In this document: positions 43,891 to 54,199 of the stretch, piece after piece
How positions within the stretch are numbered: position 1 is the stretch's first letter
Layout of the letters: each line of letters begins with the position of its first letter
From: Pelagomonas calceolata
Lineage: Eukaryota
Reading direction: 5' to 3'
Length of the DNA stretch: 64,000 bases
NCBI GenBank assembly: GCA_918797485.1
Contig: CAKKNE010000003.1
Coordinates: forward strand, 930,001-994,000
Made by a program: the position numbers and the translations under genes
The notes under the pieces: model-generated
Told to the model about the DNA's origin: nothing
What the model saw: only the letters and a program-made list of their open reading frames with translations
Databases searched by the model: none

Positions 43891-44512
43891 CAGCAGCGCG
43901 CACGCCATCAATGACTTCCACAATTGACTTCCACAATTTGGCCAGTTTCGCCCATTTCGCCCATCGTAGCTCGTACTCTCTATACCTCTCGGCACAGTCC
44001 CGCGCCCTGACCTCGAAAGTTTCACCCCGAACTTCTTTAGCCGCGAGGTCGACGCCGGCGATATAGAACATGCGAAGGATGCGATGATCAGTTAAGGGAC
44101 CCGTGCTCTGAGATGGCGTCATCCATTGGAATGTATTCTTGTCGGCGCCGAGATCGAGTAATAATTGAGCCGTTTCTGGGCGGCCGTGTGTCAAAGACAA
44201 CGATAGAGCGCTTTGAGTCTCGCCGACACTTTCGTGTAAATCAGAGTCTAATACTGGGGGCCGAGTGATGTTGACATCGGCACCCGCCTGGACTAGCATC
44301 CGGATCACGTCTAATCTTCCCGCCATCGCTGCGACCATGAGTGGCGTCTCGCCTTCGTGGTAGTCAGCACCCGACGGAGTCCTCACGGTCCCTCTGCATG
44401 CTGAATTCGGGTCGCCGCCGCCGTCGATCCAGCGTTGGACGCAATCGACGTCTCCATCGTCAATAGCGCTCAGGACCTCGCTCAGGGTCGTGTTTGTCGT
44501 CGTTGTGGCCAT
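43838..44512 (-). CDS. Ankyrin repeat protein
   Basis: GETPLMVAAMAGRLDVIRMLVQAGADVN; SALSLSLTHGRPETAQLLLDLGAD. Confidence 0.75.
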   Translation of the reverse strand: MATTTTNTTLSEVLSAIDDGDVDCVQRWIDGGGDPNSACRGTVRTPSGADYHEGETPLMVAAMAGRLDVIRMLVQAGADVNITRPPVLDSDLHESVGETQSALSLSLTHGRPETAQLLLDLGADKNTFQWMTPSQSTGPLTDHRILRMFYIAGVDLAAKEVRGETFEVRARDCAERYREYELRWAKWAKLAKLWKSIVEVIDGVRAAGRRTWGGRRLTGFGESQ

Positions 44513-44680
44513 GATCAACTCCCACTGCGAGTCAAGATTAGTCAACCCGTTCTATGCTTCATTGGTCGCGCCGTGCCGCGTCGCCGCCGAGTGTCTCTCG
44601 CGGCCACAAACGTGGCCAAAACGGGTTTTCCCAGGATCAATCGCGTCGTCCTGTACTAGTACGCAGTACAAAAACAACAC

Positions 44681-46588
44681 TTACAAATCAAACGCCACGA
44701 CAACCCCCTCCGCGTCCCCGACGACGAGCACGTCACTAGAAAGCGCGACGGATGCGACGCCAGCTTCGGACGCCTCGACGCTTCGGAGCGGCGCGAGCGT
44801 CGCCGCGTCCAGGAGCCACACCTCGCCGTTGGTCAACCCGACGGCGACCGTTGCTTCGAAGGAGGCGAAGGCCGCTATTTTGGCCGGCGCGCGCCACTCG
44901 GCCGCGTCTGACGTCCAAAAGCGCTTGACGGCTGCCGCGTCGCAGGCCACGACCGCACCGTCCTCGAACACGGCGACGCCGACGGCCCTATTTACTAGAG
45001 CATTTGGTAATACGTCCATCGCCCAGTCTTCGGTCGACCAGCGCCTCAGACTGCCGTCAACCAAACCAGCGACCACATAAGTGGAGGAAGAACCCAGCGC
45101 GCAGATGTCGTGCCGTCTCCACTCTTCCTCGTCGCTCGTCGTCGGACCCGCGTCGAGCGTTCTGACGACGACGCCGTCTTTTACGAGCACGGCGGCCTCG
45201 CACGCTACCTGAACTAAAGCACCATTCAGCACGGTCAGGGCGCGCGCCCAGCCCGACAGCGGCGGCCCCGTCCAGTCCTCACAGCGCACCCGCCGGTCGA
45301 AGCAACCCGCGTAGACATGAACGTCATCCGCCGCGAGCGCCAGCACCGGCGACGCACAATCCCACGGCAGGCGCGTGGGCCGCCCGTCTTTCACGGAAAA
45401 GGCCTCTACGCTTGACTCGAAGGAGGCGCAGACGTCATCACCTAAAATGGAGACGGCGCGTACGCTTCTCGACTGCTCGTCGACGACACGCCACCTACAC
45501 ACCTCATCGACAAAGGCCACGAGGTCCGCCCTTGATGAATAGTCGCCGTCTTCCCGGTTCGCCGCGCCGGCCCACCGATTGGAGCGCCAGAAGACCTGGG
45601 ACCACGCGCCCGGCTTCTTCACTGGTTCCGAAACGGGCTGCCATGTCAAACCGGGCAGGTACTTTTCTGTACGTTTCGTGATGAGGCCGTGGACCGCGTC
45701 GCGCAGGTGGGGGCCGTGCTCGAGGGCGTACGTGCCTTTCGTCAAAATTGACGCCCCGCCGCGCGACGCCGGCCTGTGTGGAAATCAACAAGTGTGTCGG
45801 GTGCAACCGATAATTCTGTCGAGCAATGAGCAACCGGCACCGCCACGCCATCGAGCAGGAGTCGATGGCAAGGCGCCGTGAACTTTTGATTTCCACACAG
45901 CAACAGGCGCCGGATGCAACACGTGCTCCATGCATGTGCCCCCTTCTGGTAGGTGGGGGAACACGGACTCGTCGTACCATCTTCTTGTACTAAAGTGCGT
46001 CTGGTCGGCGTAGCCCCCGTCGAGAGACACGGCGGCCGCGAGGCCCCGTTGCAAACGCTGCGCCCCGTCAAACTCTCGTGGAGAGGCATAGAACCAGTCC
46101 ACGAAGCGCGGCGCGCCGTCGGCGTCTCTGGAAAGAAGCACGTAGTCCACATCCTTTTGTTTGAGTAGCTCGCAGACGTCCTCGACGGGCGGCGCCCTCG
46201 ACAGCGCCAGGTCGTGCTGCGTTATTAACACAACGTCGTCCGCATCGCATTTTAGATTGTCGAAGCCCGCGCGCACGGAGCCCACGAGGTGCCCGAACGT
46301 CGCCTGACGGAGCAATCTGGTAGCGGGCCGCGCGTCGCACAGTGTTTGCAGGTCGTGTAAATAAGTATCGTAGGCCTCCGCCTTCTCTTCATATAGTTGG
46401 CGCCACTTGTCTCCATCTAGCGGCGACAGCGCCTCCGCTTCCCGTTCTGATGGCAACGCGTCGGCAACGACGAGCGTCTCCGCGGCGTCGAGGCACTCCA
46501 GCGACTGGAGCGTCGCGCGGATGGGGTCGAGCGACGGCGTCCAGTCCGCAATAGACGTCGTGACGAGGACCGCGCGGAGCAGCTGCAT
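44681..46588 (-). CDS. GT-A-like N-terminal domain fused to a WD40-like beta-propeller; GC-AG intron 45774-45908
   Basis: VLVTTS...LVVAD...VLITQHD; VYAGCFDRRVR, VVAGLVDGSLRRW, VGLTNGEVWLLD; removing the introner joins the ORFs in frame (HPA-PASRGG). Confidence 0.65.
45774..45900. mobile_element. Introner family 1 copy (127 bp)
   Basis: Perfect 15-bp TIRs; GC donor 8 nt outside the TIR. Confidence 0.9.
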
Positions 46589-46813
46589 CGCTGTGATGCT
46601 GCGGCAGGGCTTTGGGGCCAATGTGCAGCAGTGGTTTGCTGCGACGCGCGTCAGGCTGCACGCAAATGCTTCTTCGATCTATAAAGGAGCTCTTGCGTGC
46701 AACTCGCAGGCGTTTTTAAGAAATCACGCTCCGTGCGCCCGCGCCAGCCATCGAGAGCAGTTTGATGTTGTGCGAGAGGCTTGCGTTGCAAACAGTGTAG
46801 CACTGCTCACACC

Positions 46814-47569
46814 ATGCGGTTTCACGCTATACTGCTCCTCGCCGCTGCACACACTGCAGAAAGTCTCCTGCGCGCCGCGCTGGTGTCGCCGGGCAAGGCT
46901 GTGTCGGTATCAATTGAGTACAGCGGTGCTGCGGACGCCATCGACGAGCTGTCGCAGGAGCTGCGAAAAGCAAAAGCCGCGGCCATCTGGTGCGACGACG
47001 TTGATGCGGTGAAATGCTTCGCCAATGAGCAGGCGACGGCCAAGGGTGATTTCCCGGGCCCGCTGCCAGTCGTGTACACCGGCGCGGACCGACAAGCCGC
47101 CACGGATGCCGGCGCCGCGGCGGTGGTCGCCGACGCGGGCGAGGACGTGAGCGTCGCTCCGGTGATCTGGCGCGTCACCGCCGATAATGCTGCCGGCGCG
47201 GCCGCCGCCGCGGGTGAGGGAGACGCGTTCCTGTTCGACGCCGACGCGACGGCCGCCGTCGTCGCCGCGCTGCCGGCCAAGGCCGTCGCCGTCGCGTCAC
47301 TGAATGCGATGCAGGAGGACGAGGCCGAGGTCGAGGCGGGCCGAGCGTGCCGCGACGCCGGCGCCGCCGGCGTGCTGTTACGGCGGGCGTGCGTCGGCGA
47401 CGACGAGGACATAAAATACGCGCGGCACGCCGTGGGCCTCCTCCGGTCGAAGCGGTCGTCGAGCTTCGCCATGGACGGCTTCACGGGCTCGACGAACGGC
47501 CACTTCGGGACTTCCTACGGCGGTGCCGACAAGCCGAAGGCCTGGAAGCGGCAACAGGTCGCTGCCTAA
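46814..47569 (+). CDS. Signal-peptide-bearing alpha/beta protein, possibly an IGPS-like TIM barrel
   Basis: MRFHAILLLAAA presequence; AVSVSIEY...ELSQELRKAKAAAIW...GAAGVLL. Confidence 0.6.
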   Translation: MRFHAILLLAAAHTAESLLRAALVSPGKAVSVSIEYSGAADAIDELSQELRKAKAAAIWCDDVDAVKCFANEQATAKGDFPGPLPVVYTGADRQAATDAGAAAVVADAGEDVSVAPVIWRVTADNAAGAAAAAGEGDAFLFDADATAAVVAALPAKAVAVASLNAMQEDEAEVEAGRACRDAGAAGVLLRRACVGDDEDIKYARHAVGLLRSKRSSSFAMDGFTGSTNGHFGTSYGGADKPKAWKRQQVAA

Positions 47570-47584
47570 GCATATATGTTAAGT

Positions 47585-49410
47585 TTAAGCGTCGTAGCCG
47601 CCGCGGTCCTGGATGGCGCCCTCCTCGTCCTCGTCGTCGTAGTCGCGAGCCGGTCGCCGGTCGTAGTCGCGGGGCCGCTCGTACGACCGCTCGCGCGACC
47701 GTGAGCGCCGCCGCCGCTCGCGCCGCGCGTCGTAGGCGTCGTCGTCGCGGCGGCGCCGGCCGCCCCCGCGCCGCCGCTCCCGCGAGCGCGAGCGGTCCCG
47801 CCGGTCGCGCCGGCTACGATCGTAGTCGTCGCGCCGGCTCCGCTCGTAGCGCGCGTCGTCATCGCGCCGGCTCCGCGGCCTAGAATCGTCGTCGTCGCGG
47901 CGCCCCTCGCGGGTATACCTAGCCCGCGATGGCTTCTCCTCGCCGTGCCGCGCGCGCTCGCGCTCCAATCTATCAGACGCGTGGTCCATCTTCAACGCTA
48001 AAGTTTCTTTGTATCCTTTCGGCCTAGAATAAGTGAACTTGTCCGGCGCCGCCTGCGACTGCTGCGACTGGGCCACTTTCAGTTTTTTGCCCTTTAGGAG
48101 CGACTCGCCGTTCGAATCATTATTTCGAGTGTCGAGGTCGCCGAGCCGCACCAGGGCCCCATGCCCGTAGTCCGGAAATTGGACCTGGAACCGCACCCTT
48201 TCTTTCCCCGCATCGTCCGTGTCCTTCTCGATGGACTCGACGACCGCGTCGTACCAGGCCGGCTCGTTTTTACTGTCGCCGTAGATCGCTCTGACTTGAC
48301 ACCCCGGCTCGAAGCGGTCCAAGTACCTCGCGTTGTCCGAGGCCCGCTCTCGACTTTCGTCGACCAGAGCGACGCGCGCTCGTATGTCTCGATCGATCTT
48401 CGTCGGGATGCGCGGTAGTTGCGTCCCGTGGTACTGCTGCGACGTGAGGACGCCTCGTAACCATTCTCCTAATGTTTCTTTTCGCCCTTCTTCTAGAATT
48501 GCCCTTCCGTCATCGATGAAGACGTCCTCGCAGTACCTCCATAGCAATTCCGGTTTCAAAACGTATCGTAAGTACAAGAATCCTACCGCCCTGACGAGGG
48601 GCCGGTCCTTCTGCGCGAGGAGTTTGGTCATGTGCGCTTCGGTCAGGCCGAGCTGAAATAATCTAACGAGGATACAGAACGCGGTCGACGGCGTACGCTG
48701 CGTGCCGCGCTGCCACGGCTCGACATGTTTTATCTTCTCTCTAGCCTCCTGCAGCAAGGGCCCAAAGGCCTCGCCCATCTCCCACAATATCCTGGAGTAC
48801 TCGTGGTTCAGGACGCAGTTCGCCTATGCGTTGCGTGTTATCAAGACGCAGTATAGACGCTGAAAACGCGCCAGCAGCGGGTTGAGGTTGAACGTCTCCG
48901 AGCCGTGCGTCGGGAGCTTGGGCGAGAGCGAGTAGTCCTCCGCCGATCTTTGTGTAGACGCGGCGGCGCCCTCGGCCAGCGCGCGCGCGTAGTTCTCGCG
49001 CGCGCCGGGGACCTACATGATACAAAATGTCACGAAGAGTACGAGAAAGAAGGCCGGTACCTGGACTCCGTCCAAAGAACAGCTGCCAAACCCGGCGGCA
49101 GGTTTAAATGAGGCGACTGGTGGAGCGGCGCGAGCACGGGCGCGCCCGAGGCCGCCGCCGCCTGCGCCGCCATGGCGGCGAGGACGCGCGGGTCCGGCAG
49201 CGGCAGCGCGGGGAAGCCCGGCGGCGGCGCGAAGCCCGGCGGCGGCGCGAGCGGGAACGCCGGCGGCGGCAGGCGCGCGGCGGCTGCGGCAAAAGCGAGA
49301 TTCGGCGTCGGCACCGGCGGCGGCGGGGGCCGGCTGCGCGTCGCGGCGTCGAGGGCCGCGGCGCGCTGGGCCGCGCGCAGCTCCGCCAAGTGTTCGGAGG
49401 CGCGGCTCAT
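47585..49410 (-). CDS. Pre-mRNA splicing factor PRP38B-like with Tudor-like and RS/RD-rich domains; introns 48824-48871 (GC-AG) and ~49014-49080
   Basis: Spliced LPTHGSETFNLNPLL|ANCVL; HVEPW, PSTAFCILVRLF, RAVGFLYLRY, TQLPRIP; WYDAVV..FQVQFPDYG. Confidence 0.8.
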
Positions 49411-49579
49411 GTCTACGGCTTGCTCGTGCGGCAGTGTGATGCTATCGAGAGGCGCAGATGTTGCGGTGACAGCGATGATGGCAGCAGCGGTCGCAGCGAT
49501 GAATAATTATATGTGCGATGGCGCGGCGCCGCGATCAATGCGGCCAAAATCGTGTCGCGCCTGCTTGCTTTTTTTGCCT

Positions 49580-49599
49580 CTAGTGTCTTACAGCGCTAG
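49580..49599 (+). promoter_or_regulatory. CTAG-bounded motif, copy 11
   Basis: CTAGTGTCTTACAGCGCTAG, 170 bp upstream of the PRP38B-like ATG. Confidence 0.6.
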
Positions 49600-49709
49600 C
49601 TCATGACCATGCGTCCGCGGTCCCCCCGCGACGCCGTCGACGCGACCGGGAGGAATCTCCAAAAAGGTCATGCGCTTACCGCGTAAGACGTGTAAGAAGA
49701 AATTGAAGC

Positions 49710-50807
49710 TTAGGATTCAGGCGACGAGGCCGCGTCCGCAACAGCGCAGAGCGCCTCCGCCGCGTCCCACGACCGGCGCGCGGCCTCTTGATTCATGTCG
49801 TTCGCGTCGACGTCGAGGCGCGACTTCCGCGAGCCGCGCCGCACGAGGGACCCGCTCGGTAGTTTCGTGGTCGGCTGGCGCGCCGCGAGGACGATGAGCT
49901 CCGCGGCCCGCTCCTCTGCAGACTCCGGCGGCGGCCCGCGGCAGAGGCCCCAACCCTTTTTTGAGCGCGTCTCGAGCGACACGACGACGGCCACGGCCGA
50001 CGCGTGCTCCAAGGCAAAGTCCGCAAGCCCCCGCGCGTCAAGCGGCTGGAGGACCGACGCGCGGACGTCGTCCTTTGACGCGCGGTCGTCGACGCACGCG
50101 TGGACGCACCGGCCCGCGGTCCGCTCGAGCAAAGGCGCGAGCTCCCTCGCGAGCAAGTGCGGCGCGAGGTGCGCGACAACCAGCCGCCGGTCGAGCCCCT
50201 CGCCCGTCGTCTCCGTCGCGAGCCGCTCGCAGGCCCCGCAGTTCACCAAGACGTCCAACCGCCCGAAGCGGCTCCGGATGTCCTTCGCGAGGCGGCGCAT
50301 CTCCGCGAGCAGCCCGAGATCGAACCCTTGAACGCCGATGACCTCGGACGCGTCCAACACACTCTCGCCCCCCGACGTCGTGAGCACGACCGCCGTGTCC
50401 GGCTCCCTCGCCAAGAGTTCCACAACGCGCCGCGCCACGGCATTGCCGCCGACGACCAAGCACACGCGCCCCTCCGGGAGCCGCGCAACACTAGAAGACC
50501 GGATGGAGTTGCCTCGCTTCAAAGCGGGCGGCGCCGGGCAGTCGGGCGACGGCGTGACGTTCTTCGCCTTGACGCGCGGCGGCGTCTTGACGTCGAGGTG
50601 TGAAAGGGCTTGCTCGGTGGGCTTCGGCGGCGTCGGGCCGAGCGGCGTCTCGGGCACTTTGCGGTGCGCGGGCGTGGCGAAGGCCTTGTTCGCGGGCTCG
50701 CCGCGCGTCGGCGGCGTCGCCGGCGCTTCATCTTCAAAGCTTACGCTCGACATCGTTTGCGTCCGGCTGGCGATTAATGAAGGCGGGTTGGGAAGGGTGG
50801 TTGACAT
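49710..50807 (-). CDS. Degenerate short-chain dehydrogenase/reductase-like protein
   Basis: GRVCLVVGG, FGRLDVLVNCG, EGLDRRLVVAHLAPHLL; no clear YxxxK. Confidence 0.65.
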   Translation of the reverse strand: MSTTLPNPPSLIASRTQTMSSVSFEDEAPATPPTRGEPANKAFATPAHRKVPETPLGPTPPKPTEQALSHLDVKTPPRVKAKNVTPSPDCPAPPALKRGNSIRSSSVARLPEGRVCLVVGGNAVARRVVELLAREPDTAVVLTTSGGESVLDASEVIGVQGFDLGLLAEMRRLAKDIRSRFGRLDVLVNCGACERLATETTGEGLDRRLVVAHLAPHLLARELAPLLERTAGRCVHACVDDRASKDDVRASVLQPLDARGLADFALEHASAVAVVVSLETRSKKGWGLCRGPPPESAEERAAELIVLAARQPTTKLPSGSLVRRGSRKSRLDVDANDMNQEAARRSWDAAEALCAVADAASSPES

Positions 50808-50993
50808 CGCGGCGCGCGGTCTTGCCAGCTCTGATACAAAATATTTCCAAATGCCAAAATCTAAGCCTCCGCGCGCGAGTCGGGAGCTCGGCGCTCTGTC
50901 GGGTGGTTCCGACGAGTCAGGTACGAGTCGAGAATGAGCGGAGACTAGCGAGATACGAGAGCTTTGCCGATATAAAATGCGAGCTCTGGCATG

Positions 50994-51015
50994 CTAGTGT
51001 CTTACGGCCCGCTAG
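50994..51015 (+). promoter_or_regulatory. CTAG-bounded motif, copy 12
   Basis: CTAGTGTCTTACGGCCCGCTAG; divergent intergenic region. Confidence 0.6.
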
Positions 51016-51029
51016 CTAAAGCCGCACCG

Positions 51030-51240
51030 GAGCCGAGAACAAAACGGCGCTGCGTGAGCCATTTGATAACAAGAAACAGCCTCGAGCGACGCTGGCACGC
51101 CATACAACGCTGGCACGCCGCCGAGCCAGTAACGCAAGCCATCTCTGGGGCACAAATTAAAAATCAGCCTAAGCCGAAGAACAAAACGCAGCGCTACGTG
51201 AGCCATTAGATAACAAGAGACACAGTCGAGACGACACTGG
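51030..51240. repeat. Diverged direct repeat of ~65 bp in the 5' region
   Basis: AGAACAAAACG..GCGCTRCGTGAGCCATTWGATAACAAGA at ~51036 and ~51178. Confidence 0.7.
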
Positions 51241-51262
51241 TTCGGCAGACGACGCTGGCACA

Positions 51263-54163
51263 ATGGCGTCCGAGCTGGCCCTGGAGGCGCAGAACGAAGA
51301 GGTCGACGTCAAGGCCAAACCGATGACCGCGCAAGAGATGGCCCAGCACGCCCACGAGTCGTTAAGGACCATGGCGCAGCGGTTACAAACAACGGCCGCC
51401 GCGGCCGCGCGGTCGCCGGCCGGCCGGTTCCTCGGAGGCGCCGCGGCCGAGGCGGCGCGGCACTGCGGGGATAGGGCAAGGACGGCCCTCGTTAAGCTTT
51501 CTAGAGGAGACGACGAAGATAGGTGGCGCCACGCCGACGCTATTACAAGAGGCGAGCGGTGGCTCACGCTGACCTGGTACGAAAAAGCATTGGTCGAGGA
51601 GGACAAAAAAAATGATAATGTATTAAATGGCGACGAGGCCGCCTATGCTGCCGCTAGGCTGGCCGCCAAGGCGCCGCAGCCGTGGCAACTTTCAGATTCC
51701 TGCGCATTGTGTGACGAGAAGTTCCACGCGGCCCTACGACGTCACCACTGTAGACTTTGCGGTAGATCTATATGCCGCCACCACGGCTCTAAAAAAAGAC
51801 CATTACCGGCGCTCGCCGCTCACTTAGGAGGAGATCCTTTGCGGGTCTGCGACGCGTGTGACGCGGAGCTCGACGAACTCGAGAGGAGAGAACGTTCGGA
51901 GTGGCGCACGTACCGCGCGCAGCGATTCTTGGGCGATGAGCGAGTCGTGGCGTACTTCGATCTCCCGAAAGGGCTCAGTGCAACGTCAAAAGCGCGACGG
52001 TGTTTGACCGCAGCCCAGACTCTAGCGAGGAGTTGCCCACTGGTGGCACCGGCGACGTTATACGTGGCCGTCGAGGTCCTCGAGATACTGTGCAGGTACG
52101 GCCCCGCCGGTTTAGCTACGTTGGTCCTGAGGCGCGAGTTTGTGGAAGCGGCAGAATTGCTAAGGAAGGTCGCGGGCGTCGACGAGGGCTGGCCGCGGTC
52201 GGCCCACGAATTGACGGCGGCCATTTATTATCTACTGGCTCTCAACAGGGGTGAGCGGGGCAACGACCCCGATTCTGTATTAAGGGAGTTCCGCGACGAA
52301 CCGTCAGTCGATGATGCCGATTTGAAAAAGCTCGTAGCGGCGGCTAGATGCGCTTTGTGGTGCTACGAAGCGTCGCCGACGTGCGTGCAACTCGTCGCGA
52401 AGCAGCAGGGCCTCACACTGTTGTTCGCGAGGGGCTTCCCGGAAGGCCCGGATGCCAGAGAACCAGTTGTAGACGAGCCGGCCTTCTTTTGTGCTGCGTC
52501 ATCCGTTCAGAAGGAGGTCGTCCTAGCTGTCAGAGGCACGTCGACGGTCCAGGACGTCGCCACGGACGTTCGAGCGGCGCCGGCCCCGTTTCCGCCCTCG
52601 TCCGATGAGGAGTGGGTCCTCGACGGCGACGCCTTCGCGTTTGCGGGCATGGCTCGAGCTGCGGAGTATGTGTATCGGGAGTCGTACGACGCTCTCAAAG
52701 CGCTGCACGATGCTGGATTCTCGATAGTGCTCACGGGCCACTCGCTTGGTGCCGGCGTCGCTTCGTTAACGGCAGTACTCTTGAAAAGGAGTCTGGAGAG
52801 AATACATTGCGTCGCGTTCGCGGCGCCGGCTTGTGTGGATGGGCGTTTGGCGGCGGCGATGAGGCCCTTTGTCACTTCCGTAGTCTTGGGTGACGACGTC
52901 GTGCCTCGTTTGACAGCTAGAGCGCTGCGGCGTTTAGTTCAAAAGTTGTTACACGAGCGCCAGTCGTGCATGACGCACTGGCGCGCGGATTTGGACGCGG
53001 CCTGGGGGCGGCTGCGCGACGGCCTCTGGGCGCCGCGCGTCCGCGACTCGCTCGTGCGCGCGGCCGGCGCGCCGCCGGCCCTGACGGCGCCGCCGGCGCC
53101 CGTCGTGGCGCCGGCACCGGCGCCGGAACCCGTCGTGGCGCCGCCGCCCGCGCCTGAGCCGCCCGTGGCCGACTCCGATGACGACTCCGACGTCGATAGC
53201 GACGACGACTCCGAGAGCGATGAGAACGACGACGACGACGACGCGGCCGCGCGCGCCGAGGCCGAGGCCCGCGCCGCGCGGCGCGTCCGCCGCGCCGCGC
53301 TCTCCGCCGCGCGGCTGGCGGGCGTCGCCGTCACTGCTTCTGAGGCCGCCGCCTCCGAGGCGAGCACCGATAGCGACGACGACGCCGCGTCGACGTCGTC
53401 GGCGTCGTTCTACGACTGCCTCAACGGCGCTGACGGCGACGCGGGCGACGCGACCGCGACCGCGTCCTCGTCTGGCAATGATGAAGACGACGACGACGCG
53501 TCGTCCGGCGCCAACGAGGGAGACGGCTGGGGCGGCGAGTCGAGCATCCTCCTCTCGTCGGCGTCCGAGGCCGAGGAGCCGCCGCCGAAAGTCGTCGTCG
53601 TCGTCGCCGAGCCGCGCGAGCCCGCGCCGCCGCCGCCGCCTCCCCAGCAACAAAGCTCGCCCGAGGAGTCCTACGACCTCACTGATAGTATAGATCTGCC
53701 CGAGTTGTTCGTGCCTGGGGCGGTGGTGCACCTGTACCGGTGGCGCGGCACGCACCGAGCGGCGCGCATCGACCGGAAGCACGCCGTTTTAAGTGACGTC
53801 GTCGTGAGCGCGGCGATGCTGTCGGACCACGGCATGCGGCCGTACTTCGAGGCCCTGGGCGAGGTGCGCGCCGTCAACGCATCAACGGAGGACCCGCCGC
53901 CGTGGCAGCCCTTCGGCGCGTCGGAGACGTGCGCCTGCTGCCACTCGCGTTTTACGTGGCACTGCACGTCGCGGAGCGAGACGACGGCGTACCGCGAGAA
54001 GCATCATTGTAGAGCGTGCGGCGCGCTCGTCTGCGACCCGTGCTCGCGGCACCGCCTGGCGCTGCCGCAGATAGGCCTGCTGTCGCCGCGGCGCGTCTGC
54101 GACCGGTGCTTCTACGCGGGCGGCGTCTCGTCCTCCTCTCAGGCTGGGGGTATGTGTTTTTAA
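51263..54163 (+). CDS. FYVE - class 3 lipase - FYVE protein
   Basis: WQLSDSCALC...RRHHCRLCG...RVCDAC; VRGT, TGHSLGAG, DDVVPR, DH; W..SETCACC..KHHCRACG..RVCDRC. Confidence 0.9.
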   Translation: MASELALEAQNEEVDVKAKPMTAQEMAQHAHESLRTMAQRLQTTAAAAARSPAGRFLGGAAAEAARHCGDRARTALVKLSRGDDEDRWRHADAITRGERWLTLTWYEKALVEEDKKNDNVLNGDEAAYAAARLAAKAPQPWQLSDSCALCDEKFHAALRRHHCRLCGRSICRHHGSKKRPLPALAAHLGGDPLRVCDACDAELDELERRERSEWRTYRAQRFLGDERVVAYFDLPKGLSATSKARRCLTAAQTLARSCPLVAPATLYVAVEVLEILCRYGPAGLATLVLRREFVEAAELLRKVAGVDEGWPRSAHELTAAIYYLLALNRGERGNDPDSVLREFRDEPSVDDADLKKLVAAARCALWCYEASPTCVQLVAKQQGLTLLFARGFPEGPDAREPVVDEPAFFCAASSVQKEVVLAVRGTSTVQDVATDVRAAPAPFPPSSDEEWVLDGDAFAFAGMARAAEYVYRESYDALKALHDAGFSIVLTGHSLGAGVASLTAVLLKRSLERIHCVAFAAPACVDGRLAAAMRPFVTSVVLGDDVVPRLTARALRRLVQKLLHERQSCMTHWRADLDAAWGRLRDGLWAPRVRDSLVRAAGAPPALTAPPAPVVAPAPAPEPVVAPPPAPEPPVADSDDDSDVDSDDDSESDENDDDDDAAARAEAEARAARRVRRAALSAARLAGVAVTASEAAASEASTDSDDDAASTSSASFYDCLNGADGDAGDATATASSSGNDEDDDDASSGANEGDGWGGESSILLSSASEAEEPPPKVVVVVAEPREPAPPPPPPQQQSSPEESYDLTDSIDLPELFVPGAVVHLYRWRGTHRAARIDRKHAVLSDVVVSAAMLSDHGMRPYFEALGEVRAVNASTEDPPPWQPFGASETCACCHSRFTWHCTSRSETTAYREKHHCRACGALVCDPCSRHRLALPQIGLLSPRRVCDRCFYAGGVSSSSQAGGMCF

Positions 54164-54199
54164 GAAGTGTTCATATTACATAGCACATACTTACATAGT

